Source: a virus
Direction: 5' to 3' (one strand)
IMG/VR virus record: IMGVR_UViG_3300021483_000005
DNA length: 26,652 nucleotides
Every line of letters starts with the position of its first letter. Within the stretch, counting starts at the first letter, position 1. Positions 8,792 to 17,737 of the stretch are shown one piece after another. The notes beneath the pieces are model-generated. The model searched no databases, was not told the DNA's origin, and saw only the letters and a program-made list of their open reading frames with translations. The position numbers and the translations under genes were made by a program.

Positions 8792-9561
8792 TGGAAGAAA
8801 TAAAGCTTTTAGAAGATGTAGAACTAAAAAGATTAGGATTGAAAAAGGGTCATCATTACAAAATAGGAGATGAAATTTATCCTTCAAGTACCACTATTCT
8901 CTCAGTATTGAGAAAGCCTGCTATTGAAATATGGGCAGTAAAAACAACTGTTGAATACCTCGGAAGGCGTTTAAATGATGTTATAGATGGAAAGATAGAG
9001 CTAAATGCAAAAAATGCATATAAAATTCTAACAGAAGCGAGACAAGAACATGAAAAGATAAAAGAAAAGGCAGCGTCTTTAGGTTCCCATGTCCATAAAG
9101 CCATTGAGTTAATATTTAAATCTAAAATGGGCATTTCAGATCTACTTGACATTATTGATAGTGAATCTTATCCATCTATAACTGCCTTTCTTGATTGGAA
9201 ATCTTCACATGATATTAAAGCATTGGGAAATGAAGAAATCGTTTATCATAAAGAACTCAAATATGCAGGAACATTAGATTTTAGATGTGAATTCAACGGA
9301 GAGAAATATATTGTAGATTTCAAAACCTCAAAACGTATTTATCCAGAAATGCTACTTCAACTGGCTTCCTATAAACATGCTTATGAGTTTATGCATCCAG
9401 AGGATAGTGGTTATAAAGTTGGAATATTGCGATTAGATAAAAACAATAAGGGTTTTGAATGGAAGACTTGGAACAAAGACACAGTTTCAATAGCATGGAA
9501 TGCTTTTAAATATCTTGTTAAATATTATTATGAGGTGAAATTGTTAGATGGGAATATATAA
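8791..9561 (+). CDS. PD-(D/E)XK exonuclease (phage recombination type)
   Basis: YPSSTTIL, GSHVHKAIE, YAGTLD, IVDFKTS, LQLASY. Confidence 0.9.
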   Translation: MEEIKLLEDVELKRLGLKKGHHYKIGDEIYPSSTTILSVLRKPAIEIWAVKTTVEYLGRRLNDVIDGKIELNAKNAYKILTEARQEHEKIKEKAASLGSHVHKAIELIFKSKMGISDLLDIIDSESYPSITAFLDWKSSHDIKALGNEEIVYHKELKYAGTLDFRCEFNGEKYIVDFKTSKRIYPEMLLQLASYKHAYEFMHPEDSGYKVGILRLDKNNKGFEWKTWNKDTVSIAWNAFKYLVKYYYEVKLLDGNI

Positions 9562-9715
9562 AAAAGCTCTTGTGAAATATATTAATCGTATTGAGGAAGA
9601 ACAGGTAAGACACATATTTTGGAAATTATTTGATGGATTGTTGGACAGAAACAATAAAGAAGAGTGTGCTGCATTAGTAAGTTATCTTGCTGAAGTAGTG
9701 GAAGATGAAAATTAA
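9548..9715 (+). CDS. Small hypothetical protein
   Basis: Read by hand, 55 aa (MGIYKKALVKY...VVEDEN); fills the gap between two genes. Confidence 0.6.
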   Translation: MGIYKKALVKYINRIEEEQVRHIFWKLFDGLLDRNNKEECAALVSYLAEVVEDEN

Positions 9716-10370
9716 AGATGTTGTTGGAAAAATTAATTTTGTGAAACGATACGATTATCAAAATAGTTTTTTAGATTTAACAGCTAAGTTGATTCGTTCT
9801 GTTCAATTACTGAAAGAGGTAAATAAGTCAGATATACAAGAACTGAGTGTGCAAGCAAAAGAAACAGAAGAAAAAGCAGACTTGATTGTTCATGGAATTT
9901 ATGAATTGCTGCTATGCGATCATACGCGAGTGACAGAAGAAGTTTCGGATATTCGATACTTTGTAAAGAGAATTGATGATATAATAGATGATATAGAAGA
10001 AGTAATTTGGCGATTGATGGCTTGGTCTCAACTGGGTTATGAACTAAATGAAGCTCAAGCTTATTTTGGAAATTTCATAGGACTTATCGAAAAGACTATA
10101 CATTCTATAAGCGTTGCTACTGAATGTTCTTCAAATTTCTTGAAATACAATGATACTATATTGGATTGCATTAAAGAGATCAATCAATATGAAAATGAAG
10201 GTGATGATTTATATCGAAAAATACTAATTAAAATTATGAAGACTGATTTTAAAGAAGAACGAAAAAGAACATTATTATTAGAAATAGTTAAGCGATTTGA
10301 ACAAATATTGGATAATGCAGAAGATGTAGCAGATGCACTTGATAGTTTTAGACTCAAAGGAGGGATATAA
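9705..10370 (+). CDS. DUF47 / PhoU-like phosphate transport regulator
   Basis: Duplicated helical motifs EEKAD...IDDIIDDIE and ENEGDDLYR...FEQILDNAEDVAD; about 220 aa. Confidence 0.85.
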   Translation: MKIKDVVGKINFVKRYDYQNSFLDLTAKLIRSVQLLKEVNKSDIQELSVQAKETEEKADLIVHGIYELLLCDHTRVTEEVSDIRYFVKRIDDIIDDIEEVIWRLMAWSQLGYELNEAQAYFGNFIGLIEKTIHSISVATECSSNFLKYNDTILDCIKEINQYENEGDDLYRKILIKIMKTDFKEERKRTLLLEIVKRFEQILDNAEDVADALDSFRLKGGI

Positions 10371-10966
10371 TGAGAAAAGAATTAGAGGGTCTTTCTCTGT
10401 ATGAAAGATTAAGGTATCAAGAATTATCCGCTGGTATAATACATTTACGAGGTGAAATTGATGAGGTAACAGTTGATGACTTTAATTTAGAAATTGCAGC
10501 ATTACGAGATGCTCGTGAATGGTTATCAAGAATCACAATTAGACTTACTTCACCTGGTGGTAATGCATATTTAGCATTTGGTGTATATGATACTTTGAAA
10601 GAAATATCGAATTCAGGTGGAGAAGTGGTTGTAATAGCAGAAGGACTGGCTGCAAGTGCTGCTGCTATGATTATTCTTCAAGGAGCTGATAAGCGATTGG
10701 CGTATCCTACAACTTCATTTTTGCTTCACGAACCTCGTAGATGGACTATGTTTAGAGACGAGTCTACTTCTCAATTAGAAGATGAAGCTGCCGAACTTAA
10801 CAGAATAACTAATAAGGTAATTGACATCCTCGCCTCACGATGTAATAAAAGCGAAGAAGAAGTGCGTGAATTGATACGAAGAAGAGAAGTATGGATGGAT
10901 GCTAAAGAAGCGAAGGAATGGGGGTTGATTGATGAAATTATAAGCGAGAATGACAGAAAGTGTTAA
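10370..10966 (+). CDS. clpP: ClpP-like serine protease
   Basis: LTSPGG, GLAASAA (Ser), LLHEP (His), VWMDAKEAKEWGLIDEI. Confidence 0.9.
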   Translation: MRKELEGLSLYERLRYQELSAGIIHLRGEIDEVTVDDFNLEIAALRDAREWLSRITIRLTSPGGNAYLAFGVYDTLKEISNSGGEVVVIAEGLAASAAAMIILQGADKRLAYPTTSFLLHEPRRWTMFRDESTSQLEDEAAELNRITNKVIDILASRCNKSEEEVRELIRRREVWMDAKEAKEWGLIDEIISENDRKC

Positions 10967-11189
10967 GAGTTTAATAGTTGAAAATATTTATAAGATAAAA
11001 AGTGAAAATCGAGAAATTGAAGAAATTGTGCTTGGTGAAGAAGCTTACCAGAAATTAGCAAAAGAGTTGGATTTACCTCCCGACTACAAATCTCCAGTCA
11101 AAGTGTTTTTTAGCTATCCAATTAAAATATTATCATATTTTCCTCCAGACTACATTGGTTTAAGATTCAAACGAAAAAAAAAAAAATGA
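10950..11189 (+). CDS. Hypothetical protein
   Basis: 79 aa; ends in an A13 run, so the exact C-terminus is uncertain. Confidence 0.65.
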   Translation: MTESVKSLIVENIYKIKSENREIEEIVLGEEAYQKLAKELDLPPDYKSPVKVFFSYPIKILSYFPPDYIGLRFKRKKKK

Positions 11190-11211
11190 TTTTATTCAAA
11201 AGTTGAAGGAT

Positions 11212-11339
11212 ATGAAAGAGGCAATTGCAACTCTAAGTTCGAGTGTAGTAGAATTAGAAGGACGGGTAAATATTTAGAAGACCGTATTAAAGAAGAAGAG
11301 GAAGTGGAACTTGCAATTAAAACTAAGAAAGAATGGTAG
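11212..11339 (+). pseudogene. Small coiled-coil gene with apparent 1-nt deletion
   Basis: MKEAIATLSSSVVELEGRV continues as KYLEDRIKEEEEVELAIKTKKEW if one A is added at 11268-11270. Confidence 0.45.
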
Positions 11340-11348
11340 ATATTGAAA

Positions 11349-11845
11349 ATGGAGAAGTTTAAGTTTCGAGCTTGGCATAAAAAATTGAAATGCTGGGGAA
11401 AACCGTGTATCGGTATTGGTTTTGATAAATTAGAACCAACTTTTGGACTTGGGGTTAGATATTTGTACTTCCATAATAAAGAGATAGATGAATTACCAAC
11501 CGCACTTTCAAGCGAAAAAGTAGATATGTTGAATACCCAAGATAAAATAGTAGTTATGCAGTACACAGGCTTAAAAGACAAAAATGGAAAAGAAATATAC
11601 GAAGATGATATAGTTAAAAAGAGCTACCATAATGGCTTCTGTTATTTGCTAATTGAACACTTTAACTATAAAACAGTTGCGAAAATCTTAAAGAATTTGC
11701 CTTATGAATATGTGATCGGCTATGAAAATTTCGGCAATGACTATCTTTATTACGATTTATATCAACTCGAAGGTTATGACTTGGAAGTTATAGAAACATC
11801 TATGAAAATCCAGAATTAACAATACTTCTAAGTGATGATGCATAA
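11349..11845 (+). CDS. YopX-family protein; canonical C-terminus displaced by a 1-nt deletion
   Basis: KFRAW, MQYTGLKDKNGKEIYEDDIV. ATAGAAAC at 11790 gives the canonical EVIGNIYENPEL if one G is restored at 11793; the corrected stop is at 11843-11845. Confidence 0.85.
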
Positions 11846-11853
11846 ATATTGTA

Positions 11854-11962
11854 CTAGATGCCCATATCTTCTTATCATTGCAATTTTTTTCGTTAGGTAA
11901 TACTTTTATATATCCTAATAGATTTTATTGCGTCTATGGCTAAATATATGCGTCTCATGCAA
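11854..11962. repeat. Pseudo-palindromic intergenic element, copy 2
   Basis: Arms 11854-11884 and 11927-11957, 42-bp spacer containing ggtaatacttttatata. Confidence 0.85.
11896..11912 (+). promoter_or_regulatory. Putative archaeal BRE/TATA inside element copy 2
   Basis: GGTAAT (fits BRE consensus RNWAAW) followed by TTTTATATA; GGAGG ribosome-binding site before ATG 11988. Confidence 0.45.
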
Positions 11963-11987
11963 ATTGGGAGTATGGAGGTAGAATGAA

Positions 11988-12161
11988 ATGGCAGATATTA
12001 TAAAAGAAATTATAAATCTATTTGTATATCCTATAACACATGAGGTAGAAGCACATGGCAAATTACTAACAGATGAAGAAAAAGAAGATTTATTGAAAAA
12101 AGCGAAGAAGAGATATGAGAGAGAACTAATAAAAATATTTGAAAAGCATGATAGACTATGA
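11988..12161 (+). CDS. Small hypothetical protein
   Basis: Read by hand, 57 aa (MADIIKEIINLF...KHDRL); GGAGG upstream, ATGA overlap downstream. Confidence 0.7.
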   Translation: MADIIKEIINLFVYPITHEVEAHGKLLTDEEKEDLLKKAKKRYERELIKIFEKHDRL

Positions 12162-12433
12162 GCGAAGAAAATTTTGATTGGTATTTAGATATAATTAAGG
12201 ACACTCTCACAGAAAGAGGTAGAAAATATGATGACGCTTTCCATAGAGCTTGGAAAGAATGGGGATTGGATGTAACCCGAATACAGCTGACCATCAAACT
12301 CTGTCGTTTGAAGAATCTTGAATATAATCGAGACAATTGTGATACAATTCGGGATACTTTAATTGACATTGCAGGTTATTGTATTCTTTCGCTTATAGAA
12401 ATAGATAGAGAGAAGGAAAACAATTATTCTTAA
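12158..12433 (+). CDS. DUF1599-like (nucleotide-modification-associated, MazG-like) protein
   Basis: ERGRKYDDAF...KLCRL...IRDTLIDIAGYCIL. Confidence 0.7.
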   Translation: MSEENFDWYLDIIKDTLTERGRKYDDAFHRAWKEWGLDVTRIQLTIKLCRLKNLEYNRDNCDTIRDTLIDIAGYCILSLIEIDREKENNYS

Positions 12434-12452
12434 TAACTGAAGGGGTGATATT

Positions 12453-12890
12453 ATGGGATATTATGTATCGAATATAATTGGAATTCGAACAGGAGGAGTT
12501 TTTAGTGGAGAAAAGGATGTTGATGATATTAAACAACGAATTAAGAAGATAGTTTTGGAAATGCGCGAAGAATCTGAGAAGAAGAGGGGCGAAGTATTCG
12601 AGCCAGATTTGGGATGGCAAGACGGTGATCCATCACATTGTATGTGTGATAAAGAATTAGTGGGTAGTAAAGGTTCTTATGTAGTGTTAGCAGGAGTTTT
12701 TAATTACTGGACATTCGATAAAGCTGAACAATTTGCCAAACGATTATCTGAAGAATTCGGTACACACGTAATGTTAATGAGTTGGGATGAAGAGCATGAT
12801 ATTATTAAATCAGATGTTTATTTAGGAGGAAAATCGATTAGAGAAATCAATGAAGATCCGATTAGCAGAGCTTTCAGGAGAATGGTATAA
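12453..12890 (+). CDS. Hypothetical protein
   Basis: 145-aa ORF preceded by GGGGTGA ribosome-binding site. Confidence 0.8.
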   Translation: MGYYVSNIIGIRTGGVFSGEKDVDDIKQRIKKIVLEMREESEKKRGEVFEPDLGWQDGDPSHCMCDKELVGSKGSYVVLAGVFNYWTFDKAEQFAKRLSEEFGTHVMLMSWDEEHDIIKSDVYLGGKSIREINEDPISRAFRRMV

Positions 12891-13006
12891 AAAAAACTAC
12901 ATTCAGCAGATGAAAGTACGGCCTGATATTGAAATTTATGAAAAGATGGATGGCTGTATTTAGCTCATTTATTTTTTATATGTAGTTATTCTATCGTGTA
13001 AAAAAA

Positions 13007-14686
13007 ATGAATATTGGAGATTTTTTAGACGGGAAGAGTGTTATAGATATAAATGCTAATTACTATCCAGATATAGCTAATATTCGAAAGCAGCTGGCAT
13101 CCGGCATTGAGTTGGCGTTTAATAAACAGTTAGTTACTGATTGGTTTGATAGAGGAAAAGAAATTCTCGCACTTCACGGAAATGAGATATACATTCATGA
13201 TTCTTCGAAACTACTATTGTTGCCATACTGCTATTCGATTGCAACTGAACCTATAATGAGTGAAGGGTTACTATACTACCCTCATTTCAAAAGTAAGCCG
13301 CCGAAGCGACTGGATTCATTTATAGCACAACTTATAGAATTCACGTCTTATGTTGCGAATCGTACACGAGGAGCGATAGGCATTCCCGACCTTATTTTAG
13401 CTTTGACTTATTATGTAAAGAAACAAAAACTTAGTTTAACAGAATATCAATTCAAAAATGAATTACAAAGACTATTCTATTCATTCAATCAACACTTAAG
13501 ACAGGGAGCAGAATCACTTTATACTAACATTTCCTTTTTTGATAGATATTATTTAGAACATCTGTTTGGGGATAATGTTTGGGATTTAGATGTAGATGAT
13601 TTATTGACTGTCCAGAAATCAGTAATGAGATGGCATACTAATGAAATAAAGCTTCAAATGCTACGATTTCCAGTGATAACAGCTGCACTCAAAATAAAAG
13701 GAACAAATATCCAAGATGAAGACTTCTTAGAATTTGCTCTCGAACAAAATATTCAGCATACTATGTATAATTTCCTTGCATTGCCACATCTTGATGCCAT
13801 CGCTTCATGTTGTAGACTTACGTCGAGTACAAAACCATTTTATAATTCTTATGGAAGCGGAGGAGTGCAAATAGGCAGTCATCAAGTCGTAAGTCTTAAC
13901 TTGCCGGGTATATTTATTAGACACCATGATAGTTTCTTAGAACGTATAATAGAGAATCTAAGATTAGCAAAAGATTTTCTTGATTGGCATAGAAAACTTC
14001 TAAGAGAACATCAACATCTTGACGCTACTTTTGAGTTGGGGCTTCGATCATTGCAACGTATGTATTCTACTATTGGAATAATAGGAGTATGGGATTTAAA
14101 AGAAATAGCTGGATATTCATGGGATGAACTCGAAGAGGTACTCAAAGTAATTCGAACTGAAATAGATTCATGGGAAGGTTTTTATAATTGCGAGTTAGTA
14201 CCTGCAGAATCAGCAGCAGTTACTCTTTATGAAGCAGATATGAAATATACACAAGAAACTAATTCACCTTATGCTAATTATTATGAATCAGGCAAGATGT
14301 ATACTAATCAAATTGTATCGCCATGGCAAAAGATGACTATTGGAAAACGAGTGAGAATAACTGGGAGATTTTCGAAATATTTTGACGGTGGTCAAATGAT
14401 GTTTATAAATATCCCAAGTCCATTTCAGAATACTCATCAGATGGGTAAGGTGGTAAAAGGCGTAATAAAATATGGAGTACCGTATTTTGCATTTGATACG
14501 TTTTTAACAAGGTGTAAGTCGCATAACCATATAACCTTAGGTGATACTGTACTATGTCCAATATGCGGTGATAAAGAAGTTTTTAAATTCAGAAGAATAG
14601 TAGGATATTTCGTAGAACTTTCGAATATGCATGAAAGGAAAACAAGAGACATACCATATCGAGAAATCGATACAGATGGGAATTAA
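13007..14686 (+). CDS. nrdD: Anaerobic (class III) ribonucleotide reductase, no ATP cone
   Basis: IYIHD, PYC, SCCRL (thiyl Cys), VPAES, CPICG zinc site, RIVGY glycyl-radical motif. Confidence 0.95.
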   Translation: MNIGDFLDGKSVIDINANYYPDIANIRKQLASGIELAFNKQLVTDWFDRGKEILALHGNEIYIHDSSKLLLLPYCYSIATEPIMSEGLLYYPHFKSKPPKRLDSFIAQLIEFTSYVANRTRGAIGIPDLILALTYYVKKQKLSLTEYQFKNELQRLFYSFNQHLRQGAESLYTNISFFDRYYLEHLFGDNVWDLDVDDLLTVQKSVMRWHTNEIKLQMLRFPVITAALKIKGTNIQDEDFLEFALEQNIQHTMYNFLALPHLDAIASCCRLTSSTKPFYNSYGSGGVQIGSHQVVSLNLPGIFIRHHDSFLERIIENLRLAKDFLDWHRKLLREHQHLDATFELGLRSLQRMYSTIGIIGVWDLKEIAGYSWDELEEVLKVIRTEIDSWEGFYNCELVPAESAAVTLYEADMKYTQETNSPYANYYESGKMYTNQIVSPWQKMTIGKRVRITGRFSKYFDGGQMMFINIPSPFQNTHQMGKVVKGVIKYGVPYFAFDTFLTRCKSHNHITLGDTVLCPICGDKEVFKFRRIVGYFVELSNMHERKTRDIPYREIDTDGN

Positions 14687-14843
14687 AACATTTGAATATT
14701 TTAAGGAAGCTGTACAATTTTTAGAAGAAGGAAAAGTATGCAAAGTAATATTTAAAGCTGAAATCGAAGGAGTCGGTCAGTTTGAAGGAAATATGTACAA
14801 AAAATCTCCAGATAATATTACAATTGAATTGAAACGAATATGA
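14676..14843 (+). CDS. Small hypothetical protein
   Basis: Start moved to ATG 14676 (MGIKTFEY...) to reduce overlap with nrdD. Confidence 0.6.
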   Translation: MGIKTFEYFKEAVQFLEEGKVCKVIFKAEIEGVGQFEGNMYKKSPDNITIELKRI

Positions 14844-14998
14844 TTTTAAGATGTGAGAAATGTGGACTGACAATAAGCATCATAGAAAGAGACGGTTATA
14901 TTATTTTCAGTGAGTCAGAATTACTACCTAAGTTGCATGCTAAAGAACTTAAATATCGATGTCCTTATTGTAAAGAGGTCATGGAAATAGAAGAATGA
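14840..14998 (+). CDS. Zinc-finger microprotein
   Basis: Read by hand: MILRCEKCG...YRCPYCKEVMEIEE, 52 aa; ATGA overlaps at both ends. Confidence 0.75.
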   Translation: MILRCEKCGLTISIIERDGYIIFSESELLPKLHAKELKYRCPYCKEVMEIEE

Positions 14999-15144
14999 TT
15001 GTACAATGTAAAGATTGTGGAAAAGTCTTCGGTGTAATAATAAAAGAAGAAGAAGATGGAGTCAAGCTAAAGAAAATAAAGTATCTAAAAATGAAGTGTC
15101 CTTATTGTGGTGGTAGAATAGAAAGGGGGAAGAAAGACGCTTGA
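14995..15144 (+). CDS. Zinc-finger microprotein
   Basis: Read by hand: MIVQCKDCG...MKCPYCGG..., 49 aa. Confidence 0.75.
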   Translation: MIVQCKDCGKVFGVIIKEEEDGVKLKKIKYLKMKCPYCGGRIERGKKDA

Positions 15145-15184
15145 TGATAAAAAAAAAAGAATAAATAAGTTAGATGTTAGTCAA

Positions 15185-15481
15185 ATGTTTGAGAAGACAT
15201 ATAAAAACATTGGAAAATATGTATATAAGTGGTTAGAAGGTATCGGTCGTTACCCTCTCCTTGTTTTATTTATTCTTTCCTTTGTTCTTGGCTATTATCT
15301 CTTTCTCATAATGTCTTTATGTCTCGGTGAGAAGTCTTCAGATAGAATTAAGAGATTTAAAAAACTGCTCGAAGAATTCGAAGATTGGATTGCTGATTGG
15401 ATAGATCTAGAAGAGTTATTAATGGTTTACTTGTTTATATATATTATTTTAATAATAGGTCTTATAATTGGGAGTTTGTAA
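15185..15481 (+). CDS. Small membrane protein (two amphipathic+TM units)
   Basis: Two hydrophobic stretches, each preceded by a Trp-containing amphipathic helix. Confidence 0.7.
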   Translation: MFEKTYKNIGKYVYKWLEGIGRYPLLVLFILSFVLGYYLFLIMSLCLGEKSSDRIKRFKKLLEEFEDWIADWIDLEELLMVYLFIYIILIIGLIIGSL

Positions 15482-15503
15482 TAGTAAAGCGATAGCAGAA
15501 AAA

Positions 15504-15659
15504 ATGCTTGAAGAAGAAGAAAAAGATTGGATAGATAGATGGATGGATCACATCGGAAGGCTCTTATGCCTGATAGCAGTTACAGGTAGTCTACTACTAC
15601 TTATTACCATGATATTTCTTGTATTTTATTGGGGCATAAAAATATTTTTTGGTGTATAA
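15504..15659 (+). CDS. Small membrane protein
   Basis: Start moved to ATG 15504; DWIDRWMDHIG followed by a TM segment. Confidence 0.65.
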   Translation: MLEEEEKDWIDRWMDHIGRLLCLIAVTGSLLLLITMIFLVFYWGIKIFFGV

Positions 15660-15660
15660 A

Positions 15661-15801
15661 ATGTTTGAAAGAATTGGAAATTGGATAGATAAATGATGGG
15701 ATACTATCATGTCGGGAGCGATGCTAATAATCTTGTTTTATGCGCTTATCATCCTCTCAGCATTCGTGATAATTTTCATTAGAAAATGTCTTGGATACTA
15801 A
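15661..15801 (+). pseudogene. Small membrane protein with in-frame TGA
   Basis: MFERIGNWIDK*WDTIMSGAMLIILFYALIILSAFVIIFIRKCLGY; the TGA at 15694 aligns with Trp of paralog 19353. Confidence 0.6.
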
Positions 15802-15808
15802 TTCCAAA

Positions 15809-17737
15809 ATGAGAAGCGAAGAAGTAATAAAATATCCAAAATTAGGTTATTTAAGAGAGTCGCCTTATGGTGGTAGAGAATTAGTCGGTAAATTAATATT
15901 TTGGGAAGAAAAGCGTGATGGGTGTTTACATTCGGATACTAAAATTATTACGAATATAGGAGAGCTTAGAATTAATGAAGTAATCAAACAAAGAGATTCG
16001 ATTTTAGTACTAACATATAATTGGCGTAAAAATATGTTTGAATATCAACCAATTCTTGGTTTCATTAAACGCAGACACACGCATCCATTTGTAACTGTTC
16101 ATCTACGACGTTCAAAGAAGCTTTCTTGGACTATTACTGTTACCGAAAATCATTTATTTGCTACCGAAGAAGGTTGGAAAGAAGCAAAAAAATTAAAAGC
16201 AGGAGATAGAATATTCATGATTGGAAGGGAAATACCTTATATTCAAAGACAAATAATATTAGGAACTCTTTTAGGAGATGGATCGATTTACATAGCACCA
16301 TCGGGAAATTGTGGATTTTCAATTCTTCATTCTGAAGCGCAGTGGGATTATCTTTTTCTGATCCAGAAACTTTTGGGTGATCTAGTTAAGATGGATAATC
16401 ATGAGCATCGAGGAGGATACCCGGGAAGCAAACTAGAAAAACGCTTGACTTCACGTATTAATCCTGAAATATCTTCATTTTTGAGAGAATACTGCTTAGT
16501 AAACGAGAAAAAACAAATTAACCAAAAATGGGTGAATGAATTATCTCCGATAGCAATAGCATTTTGGTATATGGATGATGGAAGCTTTGACAGTCATAGT
16601 TCGTCTGCCTACGGTCAAGCTACATTTCATACCCAGTCGTATTCAATTCATGAATGTGCTCTTCTAATTGCTGCATTAAAAAGAAAATTTAATATAAATG
16701 CAAAACGAGGAAAAGATGGAGCTCTCCATTTGGACACTGAGAGCTCTAAAATACTTTTTAATCTAATTGCACCATATATTCCCGCATCAATGCAGTATAA
16801 ATTACCCCAAGAATTTCAAACTGGGCATTCGTATTGGGAAAGTTATAAATTCCCAACTGAATCATTTCAGCTTATTCCTATGAAAGTTAAAAAGGTTACT
16901 GAACCGAATAAGTGGAAGCATATAAGAAAAAATAGTCGAGAATATGATATAGAAACAGCAAATCATAATTATTTTGCAAACGGAATCTTGGTACATAATT
17001 CCAATATACGTGCTTTCATAGATGAGAACGATAACCTTCAGTTTGGAAGCAGAAATAAAATACCAGCAAGTGATGATTTGTTAAAATCAATTAAAAATAC
17101 AGGATATGATGCTATTCTAAGAACAGCTCTTTATACGGAAAAGTATCAATGGAATCATGATATAATAGTGTTTTTTGAATTATTACAAAAGGGTAAAAGT
17201 CCTTCTCGTATAGAATATCATGAAAAAGATGATATTGCGGTATTCGATATTTATGATATAAATGGAGGTTGGTGGAATTACACAAGAATCTATCAATTCT
17301 GCTATCAATGGAAACTACCAATTGTTAAACTATGGGCTGTCTCTTCATATTCTACGATTGATAAATTAGAAAAACAAATAGAAAAAATGCTTGACCGTGC
17401 AAAGAAAGAAAATCGAGAAGGTGTAGTCTTCAAGTCTTATGAAGGTGGTAAAGCCTATTTCTTTAAAGATCGGTTAGATATACCACACGAAAAAGACATC
17501 GAAATTGATATGGATAAAGATGCTCCTAAATATCCAGAACTACCAGAAGCAGAAGTTATGAATGAAATGCAGAAAGTTTTAGATGAAATAGGATATGAAC
17601 AATTTAGAGATAAGAAGATAGCTATGCCTTTGATCGCTCGATATGTAGCAGCAGAAGCAAAAAGAAGAATGTGTTCTGTACCAAAGGGATTATATTCATA
17701 TTATTTAGAAAAATTAAAGGAGATTGGATATGTTTAG
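15809..17737 (+). CDS. ATP-dependent RNA ligase-like nucleotidyltransferase containing an intein
   Basis: Spliced product has motif I EKRDG/SN, FGSRN, VFFELL, AVFDIY, REGVVFK, FFKD; 283 aa after splicing from ATG 15809. Confidence 0.85.
   Translation: MRSEEVIKYPKLGYLRESPYGGRELVGKLIFWEEKRDGCLHSDTKIITNIGELRINEVIKQRDSILVLTYNWRKNMFEYQPILGFIKRRHTHPFVTVHLRRSKKLSWTITVTENHLFATEEGWKEAKKLKAGDRIFMIGREIPYIQRQIILGTLLGDGSIYIAPSGNCGFSILHSEAQWDYLFLIQKLLGDLVKMDNHEHRGGYPGSKLEKRLTSRINPEISSFLREYCLVNEKKQINQKWVNELSPIAIAFWYMDDGSFDSHSSSAYGQATFHTQSYSIHECALLIAALKRKFNINAKRGKDGALHLDTESSKILFNLIAPYIPASMQYKLPQEFQTGHSYWESYKFPTESFQLIPMKVKKVTEPNKWKHIRKNSREYDIETANHNYFANGILVHNSNIRAFIDENDNLQFGSRNKIPASDDLLKSIKNTGYDAILRTALYTEKYQWNHDIIVFFELLQKGKSPSRIEYHEKDDIAVFDIYDINGGWWNYTRIYQFCYQWKLPIVKLWAVSSYSTIDKLEKQIEKMLDRAKKENREGVVFKSYEGGKAYFFKDRLDIPHEKDIEIDMDKDAPKYPELPEAEVMNEMQKVLDEIGYEQFRDKKIAMPLIARYVAAEAKRRMCSVPKGLYSYYLEKLKEIGYV
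15923..16999 (+). mobile_element. Intein (359 aa) with LAGLIDADG homing endonuclease
   Basis: Block A CLHSDTKI, block B VTENH, LAGLIDADG motifs IILGTLLGDGS and IAFWYMDDGS, blocks F/G EYDIETANHNYFANGILVHN followed by Ser(+1). Confidence 0.95.

Noticed and set aside
8791-9561. Cas4 assignment for the PD-(D/E)XK nuclease
   Set aside because: It lacks the four-Cys Fe-S cluster motif; it fits a phage exonuclease.
12973-12981. TATA-like run about 26 nt before the nrdD ATG (leaderless promoter)
   Set aside because: Spacing is plausible, but T/A runs are too frequent in this sequence to call without TSS data.
1096-15801. Alternative genetic code (TGA=Trp at 15694, TAG readthrough/pyrrolysine at 1144 or 11275)
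   Set aside because: TGA and TAG terminate many well-supported genes (ATGA overlaps), long genes need no readthrough, and the TAG cases are better explained by frameshifts.
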